Notes: generated from the letters alone by a model not told the origin. Shown: positions 19,014 to 27,358, numbered from the stretch's first letter. The stretch is DNA of 64,000 nt from a virus (IMGVR_UViG_3300028833_000001:127171-191170), one strand, 5' to 3'. Translations and numbers: made by a program.

Positions 19014-19418
19014 TTATGATAAATTGATAGTATCTAAATCAATATTACAAATGTAGTCAAAATCTTCAAACCAATCCGATTTATGGTTGTAAACGGTCGG
19101 GTGCGTGTATGGTTTCATATCATCATTTAAGTAACAATATTGATAATAGTAACATTTGCCGTCTCTTGATGGTTTGGAATCAAGTATTGCTATATAATAT
19201 TGGTAATTTCGTAATGGTTCAAATGGATTGTTCGTATCACTAATATTGAAGCATCCATAAACTCCACCAATCTTCAATTGGTCTTTGTTATCATTTTTTT
19301 TCTTCTTGTCATTTATGTTTTCAACAATACATTCAATTGATTTGAATATGAAGAAAGAGAAAACAAGAACGACAAAATTGTAAATGATAAACGATAGTAA
19401 TGTAGTAAACGTAATCAT
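19014..19418 (-). CDS. membrane-anchored protein, tandem paralog of 19430..19852
   Basis: N-terminal TM helix, then IGGVYG...YYIAILDSKPSRDGKCYYYQY...DIDLDTINLS. Confidence 0.5.
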   Translation of the reverse strand: MITFTTLLSFIIYNFVVLVFSFFIFKSIECIVENINDKKKKNDNKDQLKIGGVYGCFNISDTNNPFEPLRNYQYYIAILDSKPSRDGKCYYYQYCYLNDDMKPYTHPTVYNHKSDWFEDFDYICNIDLDTINLS

Positions 19419-19429
19419 AAGTTTTTTGA

Positions 19430-19852
19430 TTATGAAACTTTTATGCTATTCAAGTCAATATCCTTTACATATTCCCAATTATCAAAATAATTTGTTTGAT
19501 TACTATAAATCATAGTGTCACTATAACTGCTATATGGTGACATATTGTCATTTAGAAAGACATATTGGCAGTATTCACAATGTCCATCCCTTGATGGTTT
19601 TATGTCAAGGATTGCCACATAATAACCATAGTCGTGAATAGGGGAAAATGGGTCATTATTATCACCATAAAATCGTCTTTTTCCATATATTCCACCAATA
19701 TTCAATGATGACTTGACTTTTTTCTCTTTTTGTATCTTCTTATTGCTCCTAATATTATCAATGATGTGGCGGAAAAATTTGAAAAATGTGATTGAAAACA
19801 CACTAATGAAGATTGTGAATGAAATAAATGATGGTATATTAAAGGTAATCAT
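19430..19852 (-). CDS. membrane-anchored protein, tandem paralog of 19014..19418
   Basis: IGGIYG...YYVAILDIKPSRDGHCEYCQY...DIDLNSIKVS. The start was set to the internal Met to avoid overlap. Confidence 0.5.
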   Translation of the reverse strand: MITFNIPSFISFTIFISVFSITFFKFFRHIIDNIRSNKKIQKEKKVKSSLNIGGIYGKRRFYGDNNDPFSPIHDYGYYVAILDIKPSRDGHCEYCQYVFLNDNMSPYSSYSDTMIYSNQTNYFDNWEYVKDIDLNSIKVS

Positions 19853-19863
19853 AATTTTAATTT

Positions 19864-20760
19864 TTATTCTTGAACGTAAATCTTTCTTATTCTTCCCTCC
19901 CACACATCAAGACGATAGGAATCCACAAAACTTACTTGGTATACGTCATCGGAACACCGATATGTGACGTTTTCGCCAACGTATTGACTATTGAATGCCT
20001 CAACGGCTTCTTCATATTTTTTCTTCATCGCAGCGGCAGCGGAAGCGTGAGACTTATAAACAGTTGTATCCTCTTCAAGACCAAATCTACTGCCATCCTC
20101 CCAAACCGATGTTGCGACATAGACATAATCTAAATTGAATACCACTTTACGTTGTTCCCTATTGATTTCACCCTTAACATCCTCAATGGCATCTTCTTCA
20201 CCATTGATTACAGCAAGAATTAATGACAATCCACGATTGTCCTTCAAATAATCGGCAACGATTTGGAAATATTTGTTTTGGAAATCATTGTCATAACCGC
20301 TAACAATTTTTGCTGCGGCACGTTTTGCAAACCTTTCCCTCAATTCGGTATCAACGAAATGCTCAATTTCTTCATCATAGAACGGCAAATCATTTTCGGT
20401 GTAACATAATAGTTCATACATAATCAGTTCACGATGCTCTTCGCAAGCACCCGAAAACATCATCACCTTATCAATGATTCTCTCCACTTGCATTTGGTAG
20501 GTGTCCATTGATGTTTGTTTGATTTCATACTCAACCCTATTACCATCGGAAATGGTGGCATAATCATTACCTTTCCAAACATCATACCCGTTGAAAACGA
20601 AATGCTCGCCTTTGCTTGCAAGTATATCTTTTTTAATTTTAATTTCACTTGCAACTTCTGCGAACATAACTTCTTGTGCTTGCGTAAAAGTTGGGAATGA
20701 CCAAACAAGCGTATCGTTATGCAGTTGAGTTCTGATGACATTAAAAATTTTAATCTTCAT
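19864..20760 (-). CDS. hypothetical protein
   Basis: 298-aa ORF with the promoter motif 52 nt upstream. Confidence 0.55.
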   Translation of the reverse strand: MKIKIFNVIRTQLHNDTLVWSFPTFTQAQEVMFAEVASEIKIKKDILASKGEHFVFNGYDVWKGNDYATISDGNRVEYEIKQTSMDTYQMQVERIIDKVMMFSGACEEHRELIMYELLCYTENDLPFYDEEIEHFVDTELRERFAKRAAAKIVSGYDNDFQNKYFQIVADYLKDNRGLSLILAVINGEEDAIEDVKGEINREQRKVVFNLDYVYVATSVWEDGSRFGLEEDTTVYKSHASAAAAMKKKYEEAVEAFNSQYVGENVTYRCSDDVYQVSFVDSYRLDVWEGRIRKIYVQE

Positions 20761-20811
20761 AATCTTATATTTTTAATTGTTGATGATTTGAATTACTTGT
20801 GTTGTGCTATA

Positions 20812-20828
20812 TGCAATTATTGTGCCAA
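20812..20828 (-). promoter_or_regulatory. sigma-54-type -24/-12 promoter motif
   Basis: TTGGCACAATAATTGCA with the upstream GTTGTGCTATA element. Confidence 0.5.
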
Positions 20829-20829
20829 A

Positions 20830-21057
20830 TTAAAAATAGTAACTCACCTCATCCTCATTAAAAGATGTTCCGTTTTCGTTGTTGTAGTCTTCAATTGCAA
20901 GTGATGGGATGTAGGATTCACCTGCAAGTTCAAACTTGCCATTCTTAATGAGTTCCTCCAAAACTGAATTGTCATCGGCAGATAACAATTTTTTGATTGT
21001 ATCTTCATCTGCCTTTATGTCAACACCTACTCTCATCCAAATTTTTTGTTCTTGCAT
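20830..21057 (-). CDS. hypothetical acidic protein
   Basis: 75-aa ORF. Confidence 0.4.
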   Translation of the reverse strand: MQEQKIWMRVGVDIKADEDTIKKLLSADDNSVLEELIKNGKFELAGESYIPSLAIEDYNNENGTSFNEDEVSYYF

Positions 21058-21104
21058 AATACTGAATTTTAATTGTGAATATTAATTTTAAGTGTTGTGC
21101 TATA

Positions 21105-21121
21105 TGCAATTATTGTGCCAA
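21105..21121 (-). promoter_or_regulatory. sigma-54-type -24/-12 promoter motif
   Basis: TTGGCACAATAATTGCA, 48 nt upstream of the ATG at 21057. Confidence 0.5.
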
Positions 21122-21271
21122 CTTACCTGCGCCTCCAATATAATTTTCCGATGAGGTGTTTTCTATTTGATGGCTCAATGATAAACCATTTCCACCATTC
21201 AAGTCTTCCGATATTGATATACTCCCCTACAATCAGTTGAGGGCGGCTCGCCATAGCGATTATGTCATCCA

Positions 21272-21481
21272 TTATTCGTTACCACCATTAAGTTCAAGGT
21301 AAATGTCAGTACACATATCGTCAAAATTGGTTGTGCCGTCATTATAATCATCAAGGACTTCAATGATGGTTTCGTAGTCGCTATCAGCGTCAAGGTTGTC
21401 GGAAATGAGGTTGTTAATTCTAACAATGTCATCTTCACCCAATTCAAGGGCGAATGAATAATCTCTAATAATTTCTTCCAT
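21272..21481 (-). CDS. small hyper-acidic protein
   Basis: 69 aa, extremely D/E-rich. Confidence 0.4.
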   Translation of the reverse strand: MEEIIRDYSFALELGEDDIVRINNLISDNLDADSDYETIIEVLDDYNDGTTNFDDMCTDIYLELNGGNE

Positions 21482-21494
21482 AATGTTATTAATT

Positions 21495-21728
21495 TTAATT
21501 AAACAAATTCATAAATCTACTTTCAAAATCTCTTAAAGTATCTTCGGCAAAATCATCCCACCAATCTTCGCGCTGGCAAGCGCGCAAATATGTAATATTT
21601 GCAACAATATTATTATACTCTTCACAAAACCGTTTTTTCTCCACATTTCGTTTTAAGTTAATGGTTGCCAATGTAATGAAGAAAATTACAATCAATGATA
21701 AGATGATGATTAAAATTATAATTGTCAT
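21495..21728 (-). CDS. small membrane protein
   Basis: N-terminal TM helix. Confidence 0.4.
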   Translation of the reverse strand: MTIIILIIILSLIVIFFITLATINLKRNVEKKRFCEEYNNIVANITYLRACQREDWWDDFAEDTLRDFESRFMNLFN

Positions 21729-21763
21729 ATTCTTATTCTTTTTGCGATATTACAAATATTAAA

Positions 21764-22012
21764 TTAATTTTCAAAATATAAAAAATTCTCAATGCCATCA
21801 ATATCCTCGCAAGAACCGAGAAATTCGTCATTCTCATATACGTTGTACCCACCAACGATGTCGGGTTCAATTGTATAATCATCCTCCCAATAATACGGCT
21901 CTACCGATAGAGTTCTATCGTCAACTTCAAAATAGACGTTGAAGCATTCGCCAACTTTCGGTTGGTATTCGTTGAGGTTTTCGGAATTGATGGTTACGAT
22001 GTTCTTACTCAT
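21764..22012 (-). CDS. small acidic protein
   Basis: 82-aa ORF with the promoter motif 38 nt upstream. Confidence 0.45.
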   Translation of the reverse strand: MSKNIVTINSENLNEYQPKVGECFNVYFEVDDRTLSVEPYYWEDDYTIEPDIVGGYNVYENDEFLGSCEDIDGIENFLYFEN

Positions 22013-22049
22013 AGTGATAAAATTTTAATTGGTTAGACGCTATCATATA

Positions 22050-22066
22050 TGCAAAAAGCGTGCCAA
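22050..22066 (-). promoter_or_regulatory. sigma-54-type -24/-12 promoter motif (perfect consensus)
   Basis: TTGGCACGCTTTTTGCA. Confidence 0.5.
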
Positions 22067-22112
22067 ACCGTTTGACACGCTTAACTGACACATTGGCATT
22101 TGATTTGTGACA

Positions 22113-22379
22113 TTATGGCATAAATGCCATAGAAATCGCTTCTTTTAACTTGTTTTGGTAGTCATCTTCGTTATCGGTGTCATATTCAAACCAACCGACA
22201 ATTTCACCATCAAAATATAGTGTTGCAGCATCTCCGTCATATTCTACTTCAACCAATCCACAGTCGGTTGTTGATAGGTCTTCAAGCGCGTCCTGCTTCT
22301 CTCCATAGACAATAATTGTGTTGTCATCAAAGCAAAGAGGCGTTTTATCTTCTTTAATGATAATGTAATCAATAACCAT
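22113..22379 (-). CDS. small acidic protein
   Basis: Start set at the internal Met (MVIDYIII...) preceded by CAATTAAAATTA. Confidence 0.4.
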   Translation of the reverse strand: MVIDYIIIKEDKTPLCFDDNTIIVYGEKQDALEDLSTTDCGLVEVEYDGDAATLYFDGEIVGWFEYDTDNEDDYQNKLKEAISMAFMP

Positions 22380-22383
22380 AATT

Positions 22384-23169
22384 TTAATTGTTTTTTGAAT
22401 ATTCTTTAATCGCTCCCTCAATCGCTTCTTTCACCTCTTCATAGGTGCAACGTACAGAAGCGTCAAACGTGTACTCCATAGCGTATTTTCCTGCGATTTG
22501 AGAGATTTTTTCATCCTCATTGGTATTGTCGGTCAATGAGGACTTAAACACCGCCAAATACTCCGTTTTTTTCTTTTCAGTAAAATCATCAATAAAATCG
22601 TAATAGTCAGTAAAGTCATCATCATCTCTTTCTTCCCACAACTTTTCCGCCTGCAATGCCCAATCTTGGATTTTACCGACAATAACATCTCTCGGAATGT
22701 CGGTTGTTGATGATATTTCCTCAAAACATTGCAGGGCAATCTCAATGCAGTTCTCCTGCACACGCAGGTTACGATAATGTGCGTCCAAATCAATCGGATT
22801 TTTGACGGGAGGAATAATGGCATCACGAACGGACTTACAAGCCTCCATATCTCCACGCATAGTGGCATAGAGCAAGTCAATCCAACTGACATTATGCAAG
22901 TCCATAAGGTTTCTTGCTTTCTCACCATCCATAAAATTGTTAAAGTCATCAATAGTTACGTTGCAATTGTCAGCACCGATTTGACGGAATGTACCCATCA
23001 AATCTTCAAAAACGAAGAGTTCTATTGACTTTTCGTATAATTCAGAATCGGAATAGTGTTCAAGTGCTTGAATCACCACTTCTTTGGTTATAGTGGTTTT
23101 AGCGTTCGGGTATCTATCTTTGAGATAGGAAATGATGACTTCTGCCATTGAATTTTTAATTTCACTCAT
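22384..23169 (-). CDS. hypothetical protein
   Basis: The first ATG at 23196 is only 10 nt from the promoter motif, so the second Met (MSEIKN...) is the likelier start. Confidence 0.5.
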   Translation of the reverse strand: MSEIKNSMAEVIISYLKDRYPNAKTTITKEVVIQALEHYSDSELYEKSIELFVFEDLMGTFRQIGADNCNVTIDDFNNFMDGEKARNLMDLHNVSWIDLLYATMRGDMEACKSVRDAIIPPVKNPIDLDAHYRNLRVQENCIEIALQCFEEISSTTDIPRDVIVGKIQDWALQAEKLWEERDDDDFTDYYDFIDDFTEKKKTEYLAVFKSSLTDNTNEDEKISQIAGKYAMEYTFDASVRCTYEEVKEAIEGAIKEYSKNN

Positions 23170-23205
23170 AATCACTAAATTTAATTGGTTAGGCATTATC
23201 CATTA

Positions 23206-23222
23206 TGCAAAAAGCGTGCCAA
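23206..23222 (-). promoter_or_regulatory. sigma-54-type -24/-12 promoter motif (perfect consensus)
   Basis: TTGGCACGCTTTTTGCA. Confidence 0.5.
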
Positions 23223-23301
23223 AAATACAAATTGTCATATAAAAAAAACCCACCATTTAGGTGGGTTACATTCATATCACACAAAACCACTCAGAGGTCT
23301 A

Positions 23302-23817
23302 TTACTTGTTGATGGTATTGACAATACCACGGATAAGACTGACAACGTTGTCACGCAAATCTGCCACGCTGTCAGTATGTAACATTTCGGCAGCCTCCAA
23401 TTCAGCTTCGCGATTATCCAATTCAGCTCCACGAGCATTCAGTTCCTCTTCACGCTCATCAAGGTCAATCTCTCGTTCGTCCAATTCAGCATCTCTAACG
23501 TTGAGGTCGTGTTCCCTACCATCAAGTTCATCTTCTCTTGCGTCAAGTTCCTCCTTGCGCTCATCATAGTTGTGACAACAAGTGTTCTCACAAACTTCAT
23601 CATCGCACTCGTCACCATCAACGGAAAGAATGTCCTTCGCCAACTTGATGTAGCGTTCAATCGAAGTGTTGTCGGTAGCAGGTGCAGATTTCGGCATAAT
23701 CGCCTTGATGACGATAGCGTCAAGCATTGAATCAAGCATCATAATGTCCGTGATGGACATATTAGCAATAGCATTCATAATTCCGTTAATAACCATCTTC
23801 TTAATGTTGTTCTTCAT
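23302..23817 (-). CDS. coiled-coil protein with tandem heptad repeats (ELDxREx) x ~7
   Basis: LDAREDELDGREHDLNVRDAELDEREIDLDEREEELNARGAELDNREAELEAAE. Confidence 0.5.
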   Translation of the reverse strand: MKNNIKKMVINGIMNAIANMSITDIMMLDSMLDAIVIKAIMPKSAPATDNTSIERYIKLAKDILSVDGDECDDEVCENTCCHNYDERKEELDAREDELDGREHDLNVRDAELDEREIDLDEREEELNARGAELDNREAELEAAEMLHTDSVADLRDNVVSLIRGIVNTINK

Positions 23818-23867
23818 ACTTTTGAAATTTTAATGTTTATAAAAAATTGTTATTGGATTTTGTTCTA

Positions 23868-23884
23868 TGCAACTATCGTGCCAA
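23868..23884 (-). promoter_or_regulatory. sigma-54-type promoter motif adjacent to the palindromic hairpin (23888-23907)
   Basis: TTGGCACGATAGTTGCA, 51 nt upstream of the ATG at 23817. Confidence 0.5.
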
Positions 23885-23915
23885 AATGGGTACGCAAATG
23901 CGTACCCTATATTTT

Positions 23916-24602
23916 TTAATATCCGTAGTTGTAAATCATATTGGAGTAATTGAAATTGACAAAGTTAATAGTATCGTCATATTCCAACTTCTCAATGAAA
24001 TCCTGCGGCTCAACTCCCTCATTGATGAAAGTGTTGATTTGCTCGCAGAAATGGATATTCTGCTCATCAACCTCTTCGGTTGTATGTGCACCAAATGAGA
24101 GGCATCTTGCCTCCGATGGATTGCTGACAAACATATAGGTAAAGAAACCACGTAGCTTGTAGCGTGTAGCGAACTCGGAGGCATAGCACCATATACCAAT
24201 AATCTCTCTATAACGCAGTAAATCCACGTTGTCGGCATCAATGATATATGGAGACATCCTGCTATAACCAACCGCAATGTCAGCGTCGAGACAATATTGA
24301 CCGCTCATATCCATACAATCACCATAAATGGCATCGTAATAGGTATCATAGTCCATAATATCGTCCAAGTCGGAATATTGATTGTTAATAACCTCAATGT
24401 CATCATCGGCACGGAAAAGACCGCTGCCAGTTCCGTGACCAAGAAATAGACACGTTTCATAGGGTCTATTGCGTAAGACCTCTTCCAATTCAGACCTCTT
24501 TGGGTTGACCAATACAATGTTGTCGGGATTGGCTGACAAATTGTCAAAGAGACGTGACATAATGTCGGTGTCGTGTTGTGTGTTAATGTGTACAGCTATC
24601 AT
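23916..24602 (-). CDS. hypothetical protein
   Basis: 228-aa ORF. Confidence 0.5.
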   Translation of the reverse strand: MIAVHINTQHDTDIMSRLFDNLSANPDNIVLVNPKRSELEEVLRNRPYETCLFLGHGTGSGLFRADDDIEVINNQYSDLDDIMDYDTYYDAIYGDCMDMSGQYCLDADIAVGYSRMSPYIIDADNVDLLRYREIIGIWCYASEFATRYKLRGFFTYMFVSNPSEARCLSFGAHTTEEVDEQNIHFCEQINTFINEGVEPQDFIEKLEYDDTINFVNFNYSNMIYNYGY

Positions 24603-24667
24603 AACTCTATCTAATGATTTTTAATATTATTATACAAACTTTTTTCTTGTCTGCCAAATATACCTTA

Positions 24668-24684
24668 TTCAAATATAGTGCCAA
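24668..24684 (-). promoter_or_regulatory. degenerate sigma-54-type motif (TGGCACT-N4-TTGAA) adjacent to the palindromic hairpin (24690-24708)
   Basis: Minus-strand TTGGCACTATATTTGAA, 66 nt upstream of the ATG at 24602. Confidence 0.3.
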
Positions 24685-24714
24685 ACTTTGGGTACGCAAG
24701 TGCGTACCTAAAAA

Positions 24715-25071
24715 TTAAAGATATTGTTCAATGCTTTCGCAAAGGCAATAAAGAGTTGGAGAGACACAGCACATACCGCCGAATATGGAATACCAACCAT
24801 CATCGTTTAGTACCTCATCATCGGTCATACCATCCAAACTTTCGTTAGAAGAAGCAGGCAGCACACACACTTCACCATCAAATAAAGCAACCGCAAGCAC
24901 TTTGTTTTCGGTGGTTGTCTCCAACGCTTCATCAAAGATGTAGCAGTAGATAGTGTCTTTGTACCAATCTTCATCGGTACGGATAAGCCCGTTGTGTTGT
25001 CTTAAAACGTCCGCCACAGCGTCATTCATACGCTTGTTGAGGGCAATTTGCTCATTAAGTAAATCAGTCAT
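24715..25071 (-). CDS. hypothetical acidic protein
   Basis: 118-aa ORF. Confidence 0.5.
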   Translation of the reverse strand: MTDLLNEQIALNKRMNDAVADVLRQHNGLIRTDEDWYKDTIYCYIFDEALETTTENKVLAVALFDGEVCVLPASSNESLDGMTDDEVLNDDGWYSIFGGMCCVSPTLYCLCESIEQYL

Positions 25072-25105
25072 AACTTTGAAATTTTGTTGAACACTAAATT
25101 GTCAA

Positions 25106-25122
25106 TACAATAATCGTGCCAA
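25106..25122 (-). promoter_or_regulatory. sigma-54-type -24/-12 promoter motif, the first (most upstream) of the array
   Basis: TTGGCACGATTATTGTA, 35 nt upstream of the ATG at 25071. Confidence 0.45.
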
Positions 25123-25129
25123 ACTATAT

Positions 25130-25770
25130 TATATATGGACTGACAATGTGCTATACTGACAACTGACAAAGTGTCATACTGACAAAGTGTCAGGTACTCC
25201 CACCTATATGGGTAGGGTATGGTAGGTGTCCCCTCCCTCCCTAACTCCCCGCAGGCAAAAACCCAAAATAGCACCGCACAGTTGCTTCCGAGAATTTTAC
25301 CCAATTTTTTCGATTTTTCCAGGGGGGGGTCTTTTTTTATTCAAAAGGTACTCCTTTTTTCAAAAATTTTCCATATAAAAATTTCAATTTTTCAAAGTGT
25401 GGGCCAATTTAATTTCAATAGGTACTCCTTTTTCAAAAAAAATTCCACATATAAATTTTCAATTAAATTTCGGCTTTATACGTTGATTATTAAAATTTTT
25501 GTTAATGACATAGACGTTGACCTATAGATAATAAAAAAGGGCGAATCTCTCAGATTCACCCGTTATACAAACAGTTTTGTTGTATATTCCATCCAATCTC
25601 AAATGGATAGAGCTGCACCATTACGAAGTTTTATATTTCATTATTAATTTACTAATACTATTATACAATAAAATAAATTAAAATCCAAACCATTTTCACA
25701 ACATAAATTTAATTTCAATAGGTACTACTTTCTGAAAAAATTTTCCATGGTAAAAATTTGAATTAAGATT
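25130..25770. repeat. non-coding region with iteron-like direct repeats: 3 copies of ~50 bp (GGTACTCCTTTTTTCAAAAATTTTCCATATAAAAATTTCAATT) at ~25347-25395, 25404-25470 and 25704-25770; ACTGACAA x4 at 25139-25190; a C-rich block and a G8 tract
   Basis: Seen directly in the sequence. It separates the promoter array from the next gene block, so it is a candidate origin or regulatory region. Confidence 0.6.
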
Positions 25771-26977
25771 AATTAAAATCTTTTATTACTTTGGATAAAA
25801 ACGATTTATCGTCAATATTTTTTGAATTTTTGATTTTGTTTATAGCCAAGTGTAATCTTGAATCATACCTATACTGTTGTATTTGTTGTAATTTTCGTAT
25901 TGATGTTATGTCAAATGTTGATAAAACATCGTAAGTGTTTTTTGTAATATAATCTTTAAAAGCGTCAGACATTTTTCTAATTGTTTCACAAGCATGATTA
26001 TTTCTATAATCTATGGCATCTTGTAGGTTGTCAAAGCAACCGACATTAGTAATTGCTGCACCGTGTTTATCTTTTTCATGTTCAGTAGTTGTTGCAATCC
26101 AACGCCCATCATCAGTATGTCTGATACATTGGCCAACATAATAATACTTATCACCAAATTTTTTAAAATCTTCCTCATTTAATGCATAATTTGCGACATT
26201 TTGAACTCTTCTGTTTAGTGCTTCTGGCAAGTAGCATATTGTATCTGGTCCTAAGGGTTGCTTCTCAAGTCTTAATACATCACAATTAACGCCCATTGGA
26301 TATTTCTGACTTTTTGGTTTATGTTTTTTAACATATTCATAAAATGAATATAAGTCATCGAAATTACCATAATCAGCAGGTTGTTTTGTTTTTGAAATTA
26401 TATTAGAATAGAAAAAATTAAAATCATCAATCATCACATAATGAGAATTTTGTTTATTTTGATTGGTTTGTTTTTCTTGAACGTTAACAGTTTGTTTTAA
26501 GGTAGGTTGTTTGGTTTCTTGTTTCTTTTTATTTTTCTGATTTTCTTCTAATTTTTCTAATTTTTGTTTAATGTCTTTTATTGTTTTAATAAGGTATTCC
26601 ACATCACATTTGAACCATTCGTTTCCAAAGTTGGCTCTTTCAATGTTGTTTTCTAAAAGATGTTTGTGTATTGTTTTGTCTGTAATGCGCATCCATTGCT
26701 GTTTTCTACCAGACCAATACATAGCGCTTTCCGTATAGAGTAGAACATAATCAATACCCGCTGTTTTTGTATATGTGTCAATTCTAGCTATAGCACATTT
26801 ATTTAACGATTCGCTGTTTGGTTTGTCAAGCATGTTGCTTGGGTCGGCAAAAGAAGTTTCGCCGATTTTAATATAACAATTATGCTTTTCATCTGGAATG
26901 GTAAAAGCATATATCAATTTTGGATTGTGATTATGTTCATATCGAGCCATTAATAGAAAAATAAAATTAAAATCCAA
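25769..26977 (-). CDS. GIY-YIG/T5orf172-like N-terminal domain protein with a Lys-rich linker and an unknown C-terminal domain
   Basis: N-terminus LIYAFTIPDEKHNCYIKIGETS resembles the GIY-(10)-YIG module. Linker: KLEKLEENQKNKKKQETKQ. Confidence 0.35.
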   Translation of the reverse strand: MDFNFIFLLMARYEHNHNPKLIYAFTIPDEKHNCYIKIGETSFADPSNMLDKPNSESLNKCAIARIDTYTKTAGIDYVLLYTESAMYWSGRKQQWMRITDKTIHKHLLENNIERANFGNEWFKCDVEYLIKTIKDIKQKLEKLEENQKNKKKQETKQPTLKQTVNVQEKQTNQNKQNSHYVMIDDFNFFYSNIISKTKQPADYGNFDDLYSFYEYVKKHKPKSQKYPMGVNCDVLRLEKQPLGPDTICYLPEALNRRVQNVANYALNEEDFKKFGDKYYYVGQCIRHTDDGRWIATTTEHEKDKHGAAITNVGCFDNLQDAIDYRNNHACETIRKMSDAFKDYITKNTYDVLSTFDITSIRKLQQIQQYRYDSRLHLAINKIKNSKNIDDKSFLSKVIKDFN

Positions 26978-27000
26978 TTGGTTTACTTGGTTTTGTCATC

Positions 27001-27351
27001 TTATTTATTTTTACATTTGGAAATCAGTCTGTCAAGAATTTCATCAACTCTATCTGCGTCTGCCAGGTCTATTCCGAAAATCGGCTCATATAGATATGTG
27101 AAATTTTCTGTGTATGTATTTTCTCCATCAGTAACAGTTACAATCCATTCTGTATTTTTGCAGTCAAGGTCAAGATACCATTGTATCCCATCTTCATCAC
27201 CTGAGCTGTAGTGCTCGTCTTTGTAGATGTTTGAATCTGATTTACTTGGAGCATCAATCGGATACCAATGAAATCCGTTGGTGTTTAATTCTTCATGTTC
27301 AAGTTTGTTTAACTGGTTATTTTCAGTTATTTTATCTATATTACTCATCAT
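27001..27351 (-). CDS. hypothetical acidic protein
   Basis: 116-aa ORF. Confidence 0.45.
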   Translation of the reverse strand: MMSNIDKITENNQLNKLEHEELNTNGFHWYPIDAPSKSDSNIYKDEHYSSGDEDGIQWYLDLDCKNTEWIVTVTDGENTYTENFTYLYEPIFGIDLADADRVDEILDRLISKCKNK

Positions 27352-27358
27352 TTATATA

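Noticed and set aside
5689-25122. Reading the repeated motif as a sigma-70 or Bacteroidota sigma-A (TTTG-N19-21-TAnnTTTG) promoter
   Set aside because: The conserved blocks are only 4 nt apart (TGGCACG-N4-TTGCA). No TAnnTTTG sits at the right distance from the TTTG. Spacing and sequence match only the sigma-54 -24/-12 architecture.
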